NCBI RefSeq assembly: GCF_032444005.1
Contig: NC_091291.1
Span: 29,822,001-29,886,000 of the forward strand
DNA: 64,000 nt
Direction: 5' to 3'
Origin: Ranitomeya imitator
Taxonomy: Eukaryota
The position numbers and the translations under genes were made by a program. Below the pieces are notes generated by a model. The model saw only the letters and a list, made by a program, of their open reading frames with translations, had not been told where the DNA came from and did no database searches. Below, in pieces: positions 19,631-56,047 of this stretch (positions within the stretch are counted from its first letter, which is position 1; each line of letters begins with the position of its first letter).

Positions 19631-21094
19631 AATAATAATAAATAATAATTTTTATTTATATAGCGCCAACATATTCCGCAGCGCTTTACAAATTATAGAG
19701 GGGACTTGTACAGACAATAGACATTACAGCATAACAGAAATACAGTTCAAAACAGATACCAGGAGGAATGAGGGCCCTGCTCGCAAGCTTACAAACTATG
19801 AGGAAAAGGGGAGACACGAGAGGTGGATGGTAACAATTGCTTTAGTTATTCGGACCGGCCATAGTGTAAGGCTCAGGTGTTCATGTAAATCTGCATGAAC
19901 CAGTTAACTGCCTAAGTATGTAGCAGTACAGACACAGAGGGCTATTAACTGCATAAAGTGAATGAGAACATGATGTGAGGAACCTGATAGTTTTTTTTTT
20001 TTTATAAATAGGCCACACAGGGATAGTTAGGTTAATGCTTTGAGGCAGTAGGCCAGTCTGAACAAATGAGTTTTTAGGGTACGCTTAAAACTGTGGGGAT
20101 TGGGGATTAATCGTATTAACCTAGGTAGTGCATTCCAAAGAATCGGCGCAGCACGTGTAAAGTCTTGGAGACGGGAGTGGGAGGTTCTGATTATTGAGGA
20201 TGCTAACCTGAGGTCATTAGCGGAGCGGAGGGCACGGGTAGGGTGGTAGACTGATACCAGGGAGGAGATGTAGGGTGGTGCTGAGCCATGGAGTGCTTTG
20301 TGGATGAGGGTAGTAGTTTTGTACTGGATTCTGGAGTGGATGGGTAGCCAGTGTAATGACTGGCACAGGGTAGAGGCATCGGTGTAACGGTTGGTGAGTA
20401 ATATGATCCTGGCAGCAGCATTCAGGACAGATTGGAGCGGGGAAAGTTTGGTAAGAGGGAGGCCGATTAGTAGAGAGTTACAATAGTCCAGACGAGAATG
20501 AATGAGTGAAACAGTAAGAGTTTTTGCAGAGTCGAAAGTAAGAAAAGGGCGAATTCTAGAAATGTTTTTGAGATGCAGGTAAGAAGAGCGAGCCAGTAAT
20601 CGGATGTGGGGGGTGAATGAAAGGTCAGAATCAAGGATGACCCCAAGGCAGCGGGCATGTTGCTTTGGAGTAATGGTGGAACCGCACACGGAGATGGCAA
20701 TGTCAGGCAAAGGTAGGTTAGTAGAGGGAGAGAACACGAGGAGTTCAGTTTTTGACAGGTTAAGTTTCAGATAGAGGGAGGACATGATGTTAGAGACAGC
20801 GGTAAGACAATCACTGGTGTTTTCTAAAAAGGTCGGTGTGATATCAGGAGAAGTGTATAATTGGGTGTCGTCAGCATAGAGATGGTACTGGAAAACAAAT
20901 CTACTGATTGTTTGTCCAATAGGGGCAGTATACAACGAGAAGAGGAGGGGGCCTAGGACTGATCCTTGAGGAACCCCAACAGTAAGGGGAAGGTGAGAGG
21001 AGGAGGAACCAGCAAAACATACAGTGAAGGATCGGTCAGAGAGATAGGAGAACCAGGAGAGAACGGTGTCCTTGAGGCCGATGGAGCGGAGTCC
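19631..21094 (-). mobile_element. 5'-truncated L2/CR1-type LINE inserted in DIRS element 1
   Basis: RT ORF 20027-21094 ([28 protein letters not shown]); 3' end TGTAAAGCGCTGCGGAATATGTTGGCGCTATATAAATAAA with an (ATT)n tail. Confidence 0.93.
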
Positions 21095-24000
21095 TAGTAG
21101 GACTCCTAAGAATGTCTTTGTTGTTGCGGGAACCATATGTGACTTCTTGAGGTTCATTAACCAACCTAGAGATAAGATCTGCGTTGTTATCTGTAGATGT
21201 TCCTGTAGCATGGGTACTAAAGGAGCCACCTACAGAAAATCGTCAAGGTATGGAACTATGGATATGCGTTGACCTCTGATGTATGCCATGACCTCTGACA
21301 TGATCTTTGTGAAGATCCGTGGGGCCAAGGATAGACCAAATGGGAGGACATTGAACTGATAATGAATCGTGCGTTCTCCCTGGGCAATTGCAAACCTTAA
21401 GAATTTCCAATAAGTTGGATTGATTGGGACGTGGTAATATGCATCCTGTAGGTCAATTTTTGCCATGACAAAATCCTGCCCAATCACAGGTACTGTTGAC
21501 CTGACAGATTCCATCTTGAATCTTCTGTATGTTATGGATTGATTCAGGGGTTTCAAATTGATTATAACTCGATGGGCCCAGTTTTTTTTTTTTTTTTTTT
21601 AATCAGGAACAGGTGTGAATAATGTCCACTGTTTCTTTCCCCTTATGGGACTATGGAGACTACCTTTGTAGATAATAGGCCCCTTACTCCCGCTATCAAG
21701 GTGGACTGTAGCTCCAGAGAGGAGAGTTGCTTTGTCTTTGGAGGATACGAGGCAAACTATCTTTATCCCTTCCCTGACGGATGTTAGAGTCCATTGGTCT
21801 GAACGGATCTTGTGCCACTGTGGAAGGAAGTTTCACCTCCTGCTTTGTTGGCGTCATGGTTTCTTTTTTTTCTCTGGGAGTGGGGAAGGAAAAGATTCCG
21901 GTCTTTTTCCCCTTTTCGGGCCGCACCAGACACCTGATTTTTCCTTTCCCTTGTACTGAGGTGTATGTCCTTGCGGGGGTGCTGGGTTTGGCGTAAAGGC
22001 CTCTTCCTAGTATTCCTAGGTTCAGGTAAGGTCTTTTTATCTGAAGCCTTCTCTAGCAGCTCGTCAAGGGCAGGGCAAAACATGTACTTCCCCTTCAAGG
22101 GGATAGAACACAACTTCATTTTTGATGTCATGTCCCCCAGAGTGCTCGTCTCACAGAGTTTGATAACCCTAATGATCTTGCCGCTATTCTTACGGATTCT
22201 GCAGAGGCATCTGTTAAGAACCGTTGCCTCCTGGAGGAGCAGTAGAGAAGCCAGGATGTCTTCTCTAGGAGTACCCATGGACAGGTGTTCCTCCAGCTGT
22301 CGCAGCCAACAGTAAGTCGATCGAGCCACAAGTGGACATGGCGTTTGTTTTTAAAAAAGATGTCGAGGTTTCCCATGATTTCCTCAGAACATCCATTTTG
22401 CTTTCCAGAGGGTCCTTCAACTGTGAGGCATCCTCGAATGGTAGTGTTATTTTAGCTACCTGCACAATCTGGACATCGACCTTTCAGATCTCTGACCAGC
22501 ATGATGCAGTCTCGTCACCCACAGGGAACCTGTCCATCTCAGCAGGAGTGGTTAGCCTCTTTTCTGGAGACTCCCACTCCTCCAGCACCAGGTCCCGGAT
22601 GTTTTAATGAATAGGAAACACCTGCTTCTTCCTAGAACGGAGACCCCCCGAACATATTTTCCTGTACCGTCTGGGCAGTCTTCTCTCCTCCATGGTCCTT
22701 CTTACTGCCATGAGGAGTTCCTCTATATTCCTCGAGGAGAAATAATATCTCTCCTGTTGGGAGACCTCTGGGTCCAGGATTAATTCGCCTTCTTCCAGAG
22801 GTTCTTCTGGGATCAATGTTTCAGCCTGAGAGTCATCATTCCCTTCCTCCTCTAGATTATGCTTCCTCCTTTTAGCTTCTGGAGGGACACTGGGAGAGGG
22901 CGAGGGGTGGGAAGTTTTTATCTCCTGTTGGATCAGGCCCTTAATTTCTTCCATTAAGGAAGGTTGCTCTTCCCTGATGACTTTCTCAGTGCACTCTTTA
23001 CACAATGTGAAGAGGTCAGCCGGTTTGTACAGACTGCACATTTCCGTTGAAGTCTTGGACTTGCTTCCTGGTGCAGGTTCCTTTTCCCCCTACAAGAAAG
23101 GGGAGAAAGAATAATAAGGCTCTGAACCTGCAAACAGGGAATGAACACCCAGTGCCATAGTACTTACTGGGACTGGGAGGGTGCTGGGATCTTCAGACGC
23201 AGAGCGAGAGGAACCCGACATCTCTATGCCACTACCACACAGTGGTCCTACCTTTAGACGTCTTCCTCGTCCAGGGCTCCTATATAGACGACCAGACTTC
23301 CAGCACCCATCCTCTAATTAGAGGACCTCCTCCCTCCCAATGTCCAAGTGTGTGTGTGTGGGGGGGGAGGCAGCTGACACTATCTGCGCTGTTTTTCTGA
23401 GGTATTCCAGCGTGGAAAACAAGAATCCCTGCACCCGGTATACTGAAGCCGGCTTATGATGTCACTTCCTGCCGCCGGCTCCAGACCCGGAAGTCCTCTC
23501 GCGCACACCAAGTACGAAACACTGCCTGGATACAGCAATGCCGGAGGAGGCTTGAGAGCTCGGAGACGGCTTGAGAGCTCGGAGACGCCTCCAGCCGAAG
23601 ACTCCCCTAGACCTTGCCCGAAAGTGCGGACTGGAGGGGGGTCCTGAGTCCAGACGGAGATGGGAGCAGCGCTCGGGGAGGAGAGGTAAGCCTACTCGGT
23701 CCCCTGCTACCCAGCTTGACTATTTCCCCCCCTCCCCGGTGACTGTTGCTGGCACAGCACGCTGTGGATGACCTCTTCATCCCTAGTAAGGACAGGAGAG
23801 AACACTGAGGTGGAGGATGTGGGAGAGGTTATTTAACCTGGGATATTTCCTGTCCTTATTAGGAAAGGGGTAACATCCTCCTCTGGTGTGCGGTCGTGGG
23901 GGGTTACTAGAGAAAAGTGTATTTTTGGTGCTCACCGTAAAGTCTTTTACTTGTAACCTTCATGGCTTTCCTGTGTCACCCTCCCACCAATGAAGGGGCA

Positions 24001-24836
24001 GAGAAACCCTTTTAAATACAAAAATCAGAGCAGCGATTTTGAGGTTTGTGCAATGCTTACTTTTCTCAGCGGAGGCGCTGCAGGAAAACCGAACACCTGG
24101 ATCTGTGGAACCCCCAAAAGTTAGATCTAGGCAGCTGAACATGGAATCATCCAATTTGATGGAAGCAATAGACTCCAGTTTAGGCAGATTATAATAGACA
24201 GATGCATTACATGTACACACACCAAGAAATTCCTCGGAGGATGCAACATAAAGAAGAAAATATTTTTTTTTTGTCTTTGTATTGAAGCTCTTGATCCGTG
24301 TTCAATAAATTGTAATAACTCAATGACAGATATTTTTTTCACCATAATTAGGAGGGATAAAATATGAACAGGAGAAAAGAAGAGTTTAATGGGGTTGTCC
24401 AGAATTTAAAAAAAATAAAATGTACTATCAAAGTCGTCTCGATCTCCAGTTATTGGTGTCAGCCGCCTCCATACACACAAACTAAAATGTGATATTATAA
24501 CACAAACACATCCAAACATTTTTTTTTTCAACCCCCTTTAAAGGGATTTTTCTGGTTTCGCAAAAGCCCTTGTGGTTTATTCACCCACCTCGGGTCCAAA
24601 GCAGGGTCTCTGCCGCTGCTCCCGCTATCTTATTGTCAAGTTGATATTAATTAATTCATCCAATCACTGAGCGTATTGATTGGCTACAGGTGACCCAGAC
24701 TCAGTGTTGGACCTGGGTAAGGCGAGTAAAGAATAATTTGATTGTTTCACAAACTGCAGTTTTCTAAAAACGGAAAATCCTCTTTGTAAAAATGAAAACT
24801 TTTACCACTTCTATACAAACGGAAGGGTGTGATTCG

Positions 24837-24842
24837 TTTATT
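24837..24842 (-). terminator. Candidate nosip polyadenylation signal (AATAAA on minus strand)
   Basis: TTTATT on +, ~350 nt beyond the nosip stop. Confidence 0.45.
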
Positions 24843-25187
24843 AATGTGGATGTGATACCGATTAGCTTGGGGTGTCTCCATTTTCAACAAAACAGACGAA
24901 GCTTTACGGCGTACCATCTGTTCTTACCAGGCCGATGCAGCACTGGAGCAAACGTGATAAATGATAGAACTCAAAAAAATACCAATAAAGTAACGTTATA
25001 CGTAGCTCACAAGAAAACTAGAAGGACGCGTCAACGGAAAGAATAAGGAAACGGCCCATTATCCGGCATCTTGACAATTTACGTTGCGGATTTGCTCCTC
25101 CACGTGTGCATGAGATTTTCAACACCTCGTGCACACACCCCGCAGGGACCTGACTGTCCAAGAATCCTTTTTGCTCACGAAGCCGTA

Positions 25188-48783
<23,596 letters not shown>

Positions 48784-48834
48784 TTTGTACCTTTATGCAT
48801 GTAACTCTGTAAAAACAAGAAATACATATATGTT

Positions 48835-49400
48835 ACTCGAACTTTCCGAGCATGCTCGGGCGTTCTTTTGATTATCTTGGGCGTGCTCGTAGATTATGTT
48901 TGATTCCCCGCAGCTGCGAGACCTGCGGCTGTTAGACAACCTGAACACAGGGATTGCCCGTTTGTTAGGGAATCCCCACAGTATTCAGGCTGTCTAGCAG
49001 GCGCAAATGATGCAGCTGCAGGGACTCAAACATAATCTACGAGCACGCCCAAAATACTCGGGAGAACACCCGAGCATGCTCGGAAAACCCAAGCACACTC
49101 ACTCATCACTAGTATTAAAACAAAAAATTACAGTAAAACATAGCAAGTAGTGATGAGCGGGCATGCTCAGATAAGGTGTTATCTGAGCATGCTCAGGTGC
49201 TAACCAAGTGTCTTCGGCGCTTGAATAATATGTTCTAGTCCCCGCGGCTGCATGTCGCGCCGCTGTTCAAGTGCGACTGTCTAAGAGCCACGAGACATGC
49301 AGCCGCGGGGACTAGAACATATTTTTCGAGCACGCTGAAGACATTCAGTACCCGAGCATGCTCAGATAACACCTTATCCCAGCACGTTCGCTCATCACTA
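48835..49400. mobile_element. Two hAT-like palindromic MITE copies (TAGTGATGAG termini); complete copy 49148-49400
   Basis: TAGTGATGAGCG...CGCTCATCACTA; flanking 8-mers match 5/8 (old TSD). Confidence 0.7.
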
Positions 49401-49899
49401 GTGGTAAGGTCGTGACATTATAGCATGGAGTGATCTCCGAGGCGGACAGAAGAGGAAAAGACAACAAGCAGGAAGGCGGCCGGAGAAGGGTTACGTTTTT
49501 GGTGATGGCATGGCCGCACCGCTTCCCGGACCTGTGCGCTCTCTAAAGCCGATAGCAAAAGTTGTTTTGGCTCTGCAGAATCGGAGGAGCACGGGGGAAA
49601 CGAAGAAAAGGGCTTCAAACTACTGCCCTTGTTGCTTAGGAGACCGGCTACCGCTGCAGAGGTGGCCTGTAACCAAAGCAACAACAATAAAATTCCAAAT
49701 TTGTCCATTTTCAGGGACAAAAAGGAGTTTTAATAAGAAATAAAAGTTTCCTTAACAAAACAATTGGCATTTGTCTCCTCTTTAAGTGATTAAAATGTCT
49801 AGAATCCAAACAAAGTGGAAGATTTTTCCACTAATACAGTTGTTGCCATAGAAACGTGTCACCTCCGAGGTCACGGAAACAGCAGCAGAACTACAAGTC

Positions 49900-50230
49900 T
49901 CAGCATTCCGTCTCCGCCAAGAGCTGCTGGACGTTCATCTACGGCAGTACACAGATATGAGGAGAGACCGATAAGCAGGCGCTCACCGCACCGTGCGCCA
50001 CACGGCCGCCGTGTTTACCTGGGTAACGTCGCTCTGTACGGAAACCAGGGAGTCGCACCGTGATGACGTAGCGGCGCTGCCAGTAGCTGACACGTGATCA
50101 GGAGAGGCGATGGGGTAAGGCGTCATTGTTCTGATGACGTCATTTGGGCGGGAAAGGGAAGCGTAGGTTTTCAGTGACTACTTGGGCTGTGGGCTCTGGG
50201 CCGGCTGAGCCTCAGGCATGAAGTGACAGA
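49900..50230. promoter_or_regulatory. CpG-rich nosip promoter / 5'UTR exon region, possibly bidirectional
   Basis: Perfect CRE TGACGTCA at 50135, TGACGTAG ~50064, CACGTG ~50090, GGGCGG ~50146; minus-strand donors CAG|GTAAAC (~50019) and CG|GTGAG (~49986). Confidence 0.65.
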
Positions 50231-50568
50231 GTTGTGTGCTGGGCCTCCATACACATAAATCACGCAATAAAGCTTGTTACTTATGGTGGAAATACGTCAC
50301 TACAGACATATATTAGAGCTATATGTTAGTTCAGTACAATAATTCATAAATTTTCTGTCAGGTTCCACATCCGGGCCACCTGAGGGCCCTCTTTTTATCC
50401 CATTATTTTTTTTATTTTTTTTATTAAAATGCAATAAAATACGTATTAGGCCTTAGAGATGAGGTGTAAGGCACAGATATTTGTCAAATGTGCGTTTGTA
50501 GCCTCGTTCCCAATAAACCACCCATGTAAACATGCCGGTGATGACCTGACGAATAACAGAAGCGTATC

Positions 50569-52356
50569 CAGGGCCGGCTCCAGGTTTTCGAGGGCCCCGG
50601 GCGAAAGAGTCTCAGTGGGCCCCCCCCCCCCTTTAACACATACCCCGATTTATGATGCACAGATACGGCAGAGAAATGTATAGTACAATGCCAGATTTCA
50701 CTTCTTACATGAGTGACAGCTATTGTAGATTCTGCAGTGTATATATACAGGAGGAAGGTGCTGTGCAGTGTATATATACAGGAGAGGTGCTGTGCAGTGT
50801 ATATATACAGGAGGAAAGGTGCTGTGCAGTGTATATATACAGGAGAGGTGCTGTGCAGTGTATATATACAGGAGGAAAGGTGCTGTGCAGTGTATATATA
50901 CAGGAGAGGTGCTGTGCAGTGTATATATACAGGAGGAAAGGTGCTGTGCAGTGTATATATACAGGAGAGGTGCTGTGCAGTGTATATATACAGGAGGAAA
51001 GGTGCTGTGCAGTGTATATATACAGGAGAGGTGCTTTTCTGTTTAGAATTTTTCTATGAAACAAAGACTTTTCTACATAAACAACGTTGTTTGGTTTTGC
51101 AGCCCCAACAGATCTGTGCTACAAAGTAACAGGCGGCTCGGGCATTAATGAGGGACCTGATGCTGAATCCTTTCCACAAACCCTAATGACCCAATTAGTG
51201 CCCCGCCATTAGAAGCTCATTAAGCGCCTCCCTGTCCCGAGCAGTCATGTACAGTATGGGGGGATCCTGCAGCCCACCCCCTGACTGCTCCATACCATAC
51301 ACTGCCCTCTGTCGCTCTCACTATTATCCTGTGCATTTCTCTGTCACCGTTACCCCATGTTACACTTGTCACCCCCCACTACAGAGTAGCAGGGCAGCCA
51401 ATGTCACCCCGTCCCGGATCCTAATGGCACCAGGAAATGTCTGCTCCTCTATTGGGTTGGAACCTGATTTAATCAAGGAATAATGTGGATTTGTTGCCGG
51501 TGGCTGCAGGGGAAGGGTTAAGTGATGCCATGTCCTTGGTGGGAGCAGTGGCAGCTGCTGGGACCTGGACAGACACAACCAATGTTGCTGTGACTGCACA
51601 GTGTGATGTGGAGGAGAGAAGCTGAGACTCCGGAGCAGAAATCACCCACATGCCAGCACTGGGCAGAGTCCCTCCAGTCACCAGCATGGGGCCACGGGCC
51701 CCAACCTACAGCCCACATGGCAGCAGCTCCCCTTCCTCCTGGCATCTGGTTAACCCCATTTATGCGGGTCGGATTGTTATCTTGAAGGTTCAGCAATAAC
51801 CTTCATACAGATGGGAAGGGGTTAAGCTTCTTCCTACCCCACTGGTGCAGGTTTGGTGCAGCATGCATGTATTCTGGGAGAGCTGGGTGGCTACAGGCTG
51901 CACCCCACCAGCTGCTCCTCCAGACATCACCCACATTTTTAGGCAGCGGAGACAGACAGCAGCAGACTGAGCCACAACTGCAACCACTGCTGGATACCAT
52001 AGCACTCACTCAGTCACTGGTAGGACGGAATCTGCCTGATAAACTTCAGCACTGTCTGCAGCCACCCAGGGGGAGAGCAGAGAACGTGCTCTCTCCGCCC
52101 ACAATGTCACACTGGCTGCCTTCTCTTAACCCCTATGTGTGCCTGCCTGGCTGCACTGACTGAGTGAGAAGATGCTTTTGTCAGAGCTGGCACATAGGGG
52201 TTAAGAGAACGCAGCCAGCAGTGACTTTGTGGGGGGAGAGAGCAGTTATCTCCTGCTCTGCTCTCCCAGCTGTATCTATGACAGCATGAGTGGGCCCCCC
52301 TCTCTCCCCAGGGCCCCGGCATTTGCCCGGTGTGCCGGGTGCTGACGCCGGCCCTG
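50569..52356. mobile_element. Non-autonomous hAT element (1788 bp) with a perfect 8-bp TSD; internal 29/33-bp minisatellite at 50735-51030
   Basis: TIR CAGGGCCGGC...GCCGGCCCTG; AGCGTATC at 50561-50568 and 52357-52364. Confidence 0.9.
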
Positions 52357-52362
52357 AGCGTA

Positions 52363-53751
52363 TCTATATATATATAAGCTCCGTAATCCCCTCCACTCCC
52401 CGCTCACACGGGGTTAATGGCAGCGGTAACGGGCCACGGGTACCGCACTCCGTAACCGCCGCTATTAACCCTGTGTGTCCCCAACTTTTTTTACTATTGA
52501 TGCTGCCTATGCGGCATCAATAGTAAAAAGATGTAATGTTAAAAATAATAAAAAAACAAAAAACCTGCTATTCTCACCTTCCGTCGTCCGACGATGCGCT
52601 CGCGCCGGCCGCCATCTTCCGTTCCCAGAGATGCATTGCGAAATTACCCAGAAGACTTAGCGGTCTCGCGAGACCGCTAAGTCATCTGGGTAATTTCGCA
52701 ATGCATCATGGAAACGGAAGATGGCGGCAGCTGCGCGCGCATCGCCAGAGTTTCGCTGGATCCCAGGGGGTGAGTATATAACTATTTTTTATTTTAATTA
52801 TTTTTTTTTAACAGGGATATGGTTCCCACCCTGCTAAATACTGCGTGGGCAGTGTTATATACCGCGTGGCTGCTATGTACTACCTGGGCAGTGTTATATA
52901 CTCCGTGGGCTGTGTGATATACTCCGTGGGCTGTGCTATATACTATGTGCCCTGTGTTATATGTTACGTGGGCTGTGTTATATACTGCGTGCCTGCTATA
53001 TACTGCGTGGGCTGTGTTATATACTGCGTGGCTGCTATATACTGCGTGGGCTGTGTTATATAGTACGTGGGCTGTGTTGTATACTCCGTGGGCTGTGTGA
53101 TATACTCCGTGGGCTGTGCTATATACTATGTGCCCTGTGTTATATGTTATGTGGGCTGTGTTATATACTGCGTGGCTGCTATATACTGCGTGGGCTGTGT
53201 TATATAGTACGTGGGCTGTGTTGTATACTCCGTGGGCTGTGTGATATACTCCGTGGGCTGTGCTATATACTATGTGCCCTGTGTTATATGTTATGTGGGC
53301 TGTGTTATATACTGCATGCCTGCTATATACTGCGTGGGCTGTGTTATATACTGCGTGGCTGCTATATACTGCGTGGGCTGTGCTATATACTAGGTGCCCT
53401 GTGTTATATACTGCGTGGCCTGTGTTATGTACTACGTCGCCTGTATTATATACTGCGTGGCTGCTATATACTGCGTGGGTTGTGTTATATAGTATGTGGG
53501 CTGTGTTATATACTGTTTGGGCTGTGTTATATACTGCATGGCCACTGTTATATACTGCCTGGCCTGTATTAACGCATCGGGTATTCTACAATATGTATGT
53601 ATGTATATAGCAGCCACATACTATATAGCACAGGCCACGTAGTATTTGCTATGTACTACGTGGCCTCTGCTATATACTATGTGGCTGCTATATATGTACA
53701 TACATACATATTCTAGAATACCCGATGCGTTAGAATCGGGCCACCATCTAG
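52363..53751 (+). mobile_element. Non-autonomous Helitron with an 18-21-bp minisatellite (52840-53570)
   Basis: 5' TCTATATATA; 3' hairpin CCCGAT-8nt-ATCGGG followed 7 nt later by CTAG|T. Confidence 0.8.
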
Positions 53752-53755
53752 TATA

Positions 53756-54387
53756 TCTATATACATAATTGTCTAAGGGTCACTTCCGTCTGTCTGTCCT
53801 TCTGTCACGGTTATTCCTTCGCTGATTGGTCTCGGCAGCTGCCTGTCATGGCTGTCGCGACCACTCAGCGACGGGCACAGTCCGATTAGTCCCTCCCCTA
53901 CTCCCCTGCACTCACTGCCCGGTGCCCGCTCCATAATCCCCACCGCTCACACAGGGTTAATGGCAGCATTAATGCAGCATCAATAGAAAAAATAGGTCAT
54001 GTTAAAAATAATTAAAAAACCAAAAAACCTGCTATACTCACCCTCCGTCGCCTTTCTTGCTCCTCGCCACGCTCCCTGGATCGCTCCATTGCAAGCGGCA
54101 GCTTCCGGTCCCGTCCCAGGGCTGGTGTGCGGCAAGGACCTGCCGTGACGTCACGGTCATGTGACCGCGACGTCATCATAGGTCCTGCTCACACCAGCCC
54201 TGGGACGGGACCGGAAGCTGCCGCTTGCAATGGAGCGATCCCGGGAGCGTGGCGAGGAGCGAGAAAGGCGGCGCAGGGTGAGTATAGCAGGACTTCAACG
54301 GGCTATAGGTGAGTATATGTTTTTTGTTTTTTTTAAGTCTCTATACTACGTGGCTCTGTGCTGGCCAATATACTACGTGACTGGGCC

Positions 54388-54420
<33 letters not shown>
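53756..54420 (+). mobile_element. Second adjacent Helitron-like copy, truncated by Tc1
   Basis: A|TCTATATACATAATTGTCTAAGGGTCACTTCCGTC start; same core motifs. Confidence 0.7.
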
Positions 54421-54422
<2 letters not shown>

Positions 54423-54425
<3 letters not shown>

Positions 54426-56047
54426 TTAGGGCCAGAAATATTTGGACAGTGACACAATTTTCGCGAGTTGGGCTCTGCATGCCACCACATTGGATTTGAA
54501 ATGAAACCTCTACAACAGAATTCAAGTGCAGATTGTAACGTTTAATTTGAAGGGTTGAAGAAAAATATCTGATAGAAAATGTAGGAATTTCTTTACAAAC
54601 ACTCCACATTTTAGGAGGTCAAAAGTAATTGAACAAATAAACATAACCCAAACAAAATATTTTTATTTTCAATATTTTGTTGCAAATCCTTTGGAGGCAA
54701 TCACTGCCTTAAGTCTGGAACCCATGGACATCACCAAACGCTGGGTTTCCTCCTTCTTAATGCTTTGCCAGGCCTTTACAGCCGCAGCCTTCAGGTCTTG
54801 CTTGTTTGTGGGTCTTTCCGTCTTAAGTCTGGATTTGAGCAAGTGAAATGCATGCTCAATTGGGTTTAGATCTGGAGATTGACTTGGCCATTGCAGAATG
54901 TTCCACTTTTTGGCACTCATGAACTCCTGGGTAGCTTTGGCTGTATGCTTGGGGTCATTGTCCATCTGTACTATGAAGCGCCGTCCAATCAACTTTGCAG
55001 CATTTGGCTGAATCTGGGCTGAAAGTATATCCCGGTACACTTCAGAATTCATCCGGCTACTCTTGTCTGCTCTTATGTCATCAATAAACACAAGTGACCC
55101 AGTGCCATTGAAAGCCATGCATGCCCATGCCATCACGTTGCCTCCACCATGTTTTACAGAGGATGTGGTGTGCCTTGGATCATGTGCCGTTCCCTTTCTT
55201 CTCCAAACTTTTTTCTTCCCATCATTCTGGTACAGGTTGATCTTTGTCTCATCTGTCCATAGAATACTTTTCCAGAACTGAGCTGGCTTCTTGAGGTGTT
55301 TTTCTGTCTATTTTTGGTGTTGATGAATGGTTTGCATCTAGATGTGAACCCTTTGTATTTACTGTCATGGAGTCTTCTCTTTACTGTTGACTTAGAGACA
55401 GATACACCTACTTCACTGAGAGTGTTCTGGACTTCAGTTGATGTTGTGAACGGGTTCTTCTTCACCAAATTAAGTATGCGGCGATCATCCACCACTGTTG
55501 TCATCCGTGGACGCCCAGGCCTTTTTGAGTTCCCAAGCTCACCAGTCAATTCCTTTTTTCTCAGAATGTACCCAACTGTTGATTTTGCTACTCCAAGCAT
55601 GTCTGCTATCTCTCTGATGGAATTTTTTCTTTTTTTTCAGCCTCAGGATGTTCTGCTTCACCTCAATTGAGAGTTCCTTTGACCGCATGTTGTCTGCTCA
55701 CAGCAACAGCTTCCAAATGCAAAACCACACACCTGGAATCCACCCCTGACCTTTTAACTACTTCATTGATTACAGGTTAACGAGGGAGACGCCTTCAGAG
55801 TTAATTGCAGCCCTTAGAGTCCATTGTCCAATTACTTTTGGTCCCTTGAAAAAGAGGACGCTATGCATTACAGAGCTATGATTCCTAAACCCTTTCTCCG
55901 ATTTGGATGTGGAAACTATCATATTGCAGCTGGGAGTGTGCACTTTCAGCCCATATTATATATATAATTGTATTTCTGAACATGTTTTTGTAAACAGCTA
56001 AAATAACAAAACTTGTGTCACTGTCCAAATATTTCTGGCCCTAACTG
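54423..56047 (-). mobile_element. Tc1 transposon, frameshifted transposase
   Basis: TIR CAGTTAGGGCCAGAAATATTTGGACAGTGACACAA at both ends, TA at the right flank; [22 protein letters not shown]. Confidence 0.94.

Larger units (their letters stand above)
15295..23915 (-). mobile_element. Decayed DIRS1-type tyrosine-recombinase retrotransposon (element 1), carrying nested DIRS and L2 insertions
   Basis: Fragments of gag (~21780-23050), RT (21230-21556: KIDLQDAYYHVPI...YLDDFL), RNase H (~18923-19600), methyltransferase-like region (APFWPKRSWF, 16285-16597) and YR (15638-16207; C-terminal ATWSSVHTFSKHYRL at ~15330). 5' terminus TTTCTCT at ~23915. Confidence 0.9.

Noticed and set aside
49418-49720. 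100-aa minus-strand ORF with a signal-peptide-like start (MDKFGILLLLLWLQ)
   Set aside because: Lies in nosip intron 1, no recognisable domain, ends at a MITE; likely chance.
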